A DNA stretch of 63,828 nt, counting the filler, from Octopus bimaculoides (taxonomy: Eukaryota), in the NCBI RefSeq assembly GCF_001194135.2. It is 7 parts of 6 records of this genome, joined end to end, with 100 filler letters (N's around TTAATTAATTAA, not from the genome) between each part and the next. Parts side by side here need not be neighbours in the genome. Positions count along the whole stretch, not along the records: positions 62,663 to 63,828 come from NW_026414949.1; 6 more parts are not named here. The stretch is one strand, 5' to 3'. How positions within the stretch are numbered: the first letter of the stretch is position 1; the number at the start of each line of letters is the position of its first letter. The notes beneath the pieces are model-generated. The model did no database searches and was not told the origin of the DNA. It was given only the letters and a program-made list of their open reading frames with translations. A program made the position numbers and the translations under genes. Shown here one piece after another: positions 63,789-63,828 of this stretch.

Positions 63789-63828
<40 letters not shown>

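Overview
AT-rich, gap-riddled, microsatellite-saturated animal genomic DNA, most likely from an octopus (inferred from SINE families and repeat style, not proven). No host protein-coding gene can be called with confidence and there is no CRISPR or prokaryotic signature. Nearly all ORF-track entries are microsatellite or N read-through. Six identical 100-bp spacers (44 N + TTAATTAATTAA + 44 N) are artificial joins that cut the window into seven segments. The real content is a stack of decayed mobile elements: two Helitrons (one with both termini), at least five R4/Dong-clade RLE-type LINE fragments, a CR1/L2-group LINE 3' end, RTE and Tx1/L1 scraps, a Gypsy (K02A2.6/Mag-like) LTR-gag-protease-RT remnant, a Tc1 transposase, a hAT MITE, Penelope-like (PLE) GIY-YIG remnants, about 18 tRNA-derived SINE copies from four families, and an orphan 18S rDNA fragment with a long V7 expansion. 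Best leads: (1) a ~550-bp element with a fixed 5' end, no Pol III boxes and a (TAA)n/(GAA)n tail, present twice, that shares a TACC/GGTA 3' stem-loop with two R4/Dong LINEs and may be a Dong-mobilised non-autonomous retroposon; (2) four decayed hammerhead-ribozyme-like motifs plus a distinct hairpin/crossing-helix module in PLE-type terminal repeats; (3) an in-window LINE-SINE shared tail with a compensatory base-pair change; (4) a candidate promoter with paired GTCACGTGAT E-boxes at ~32.5 kb.
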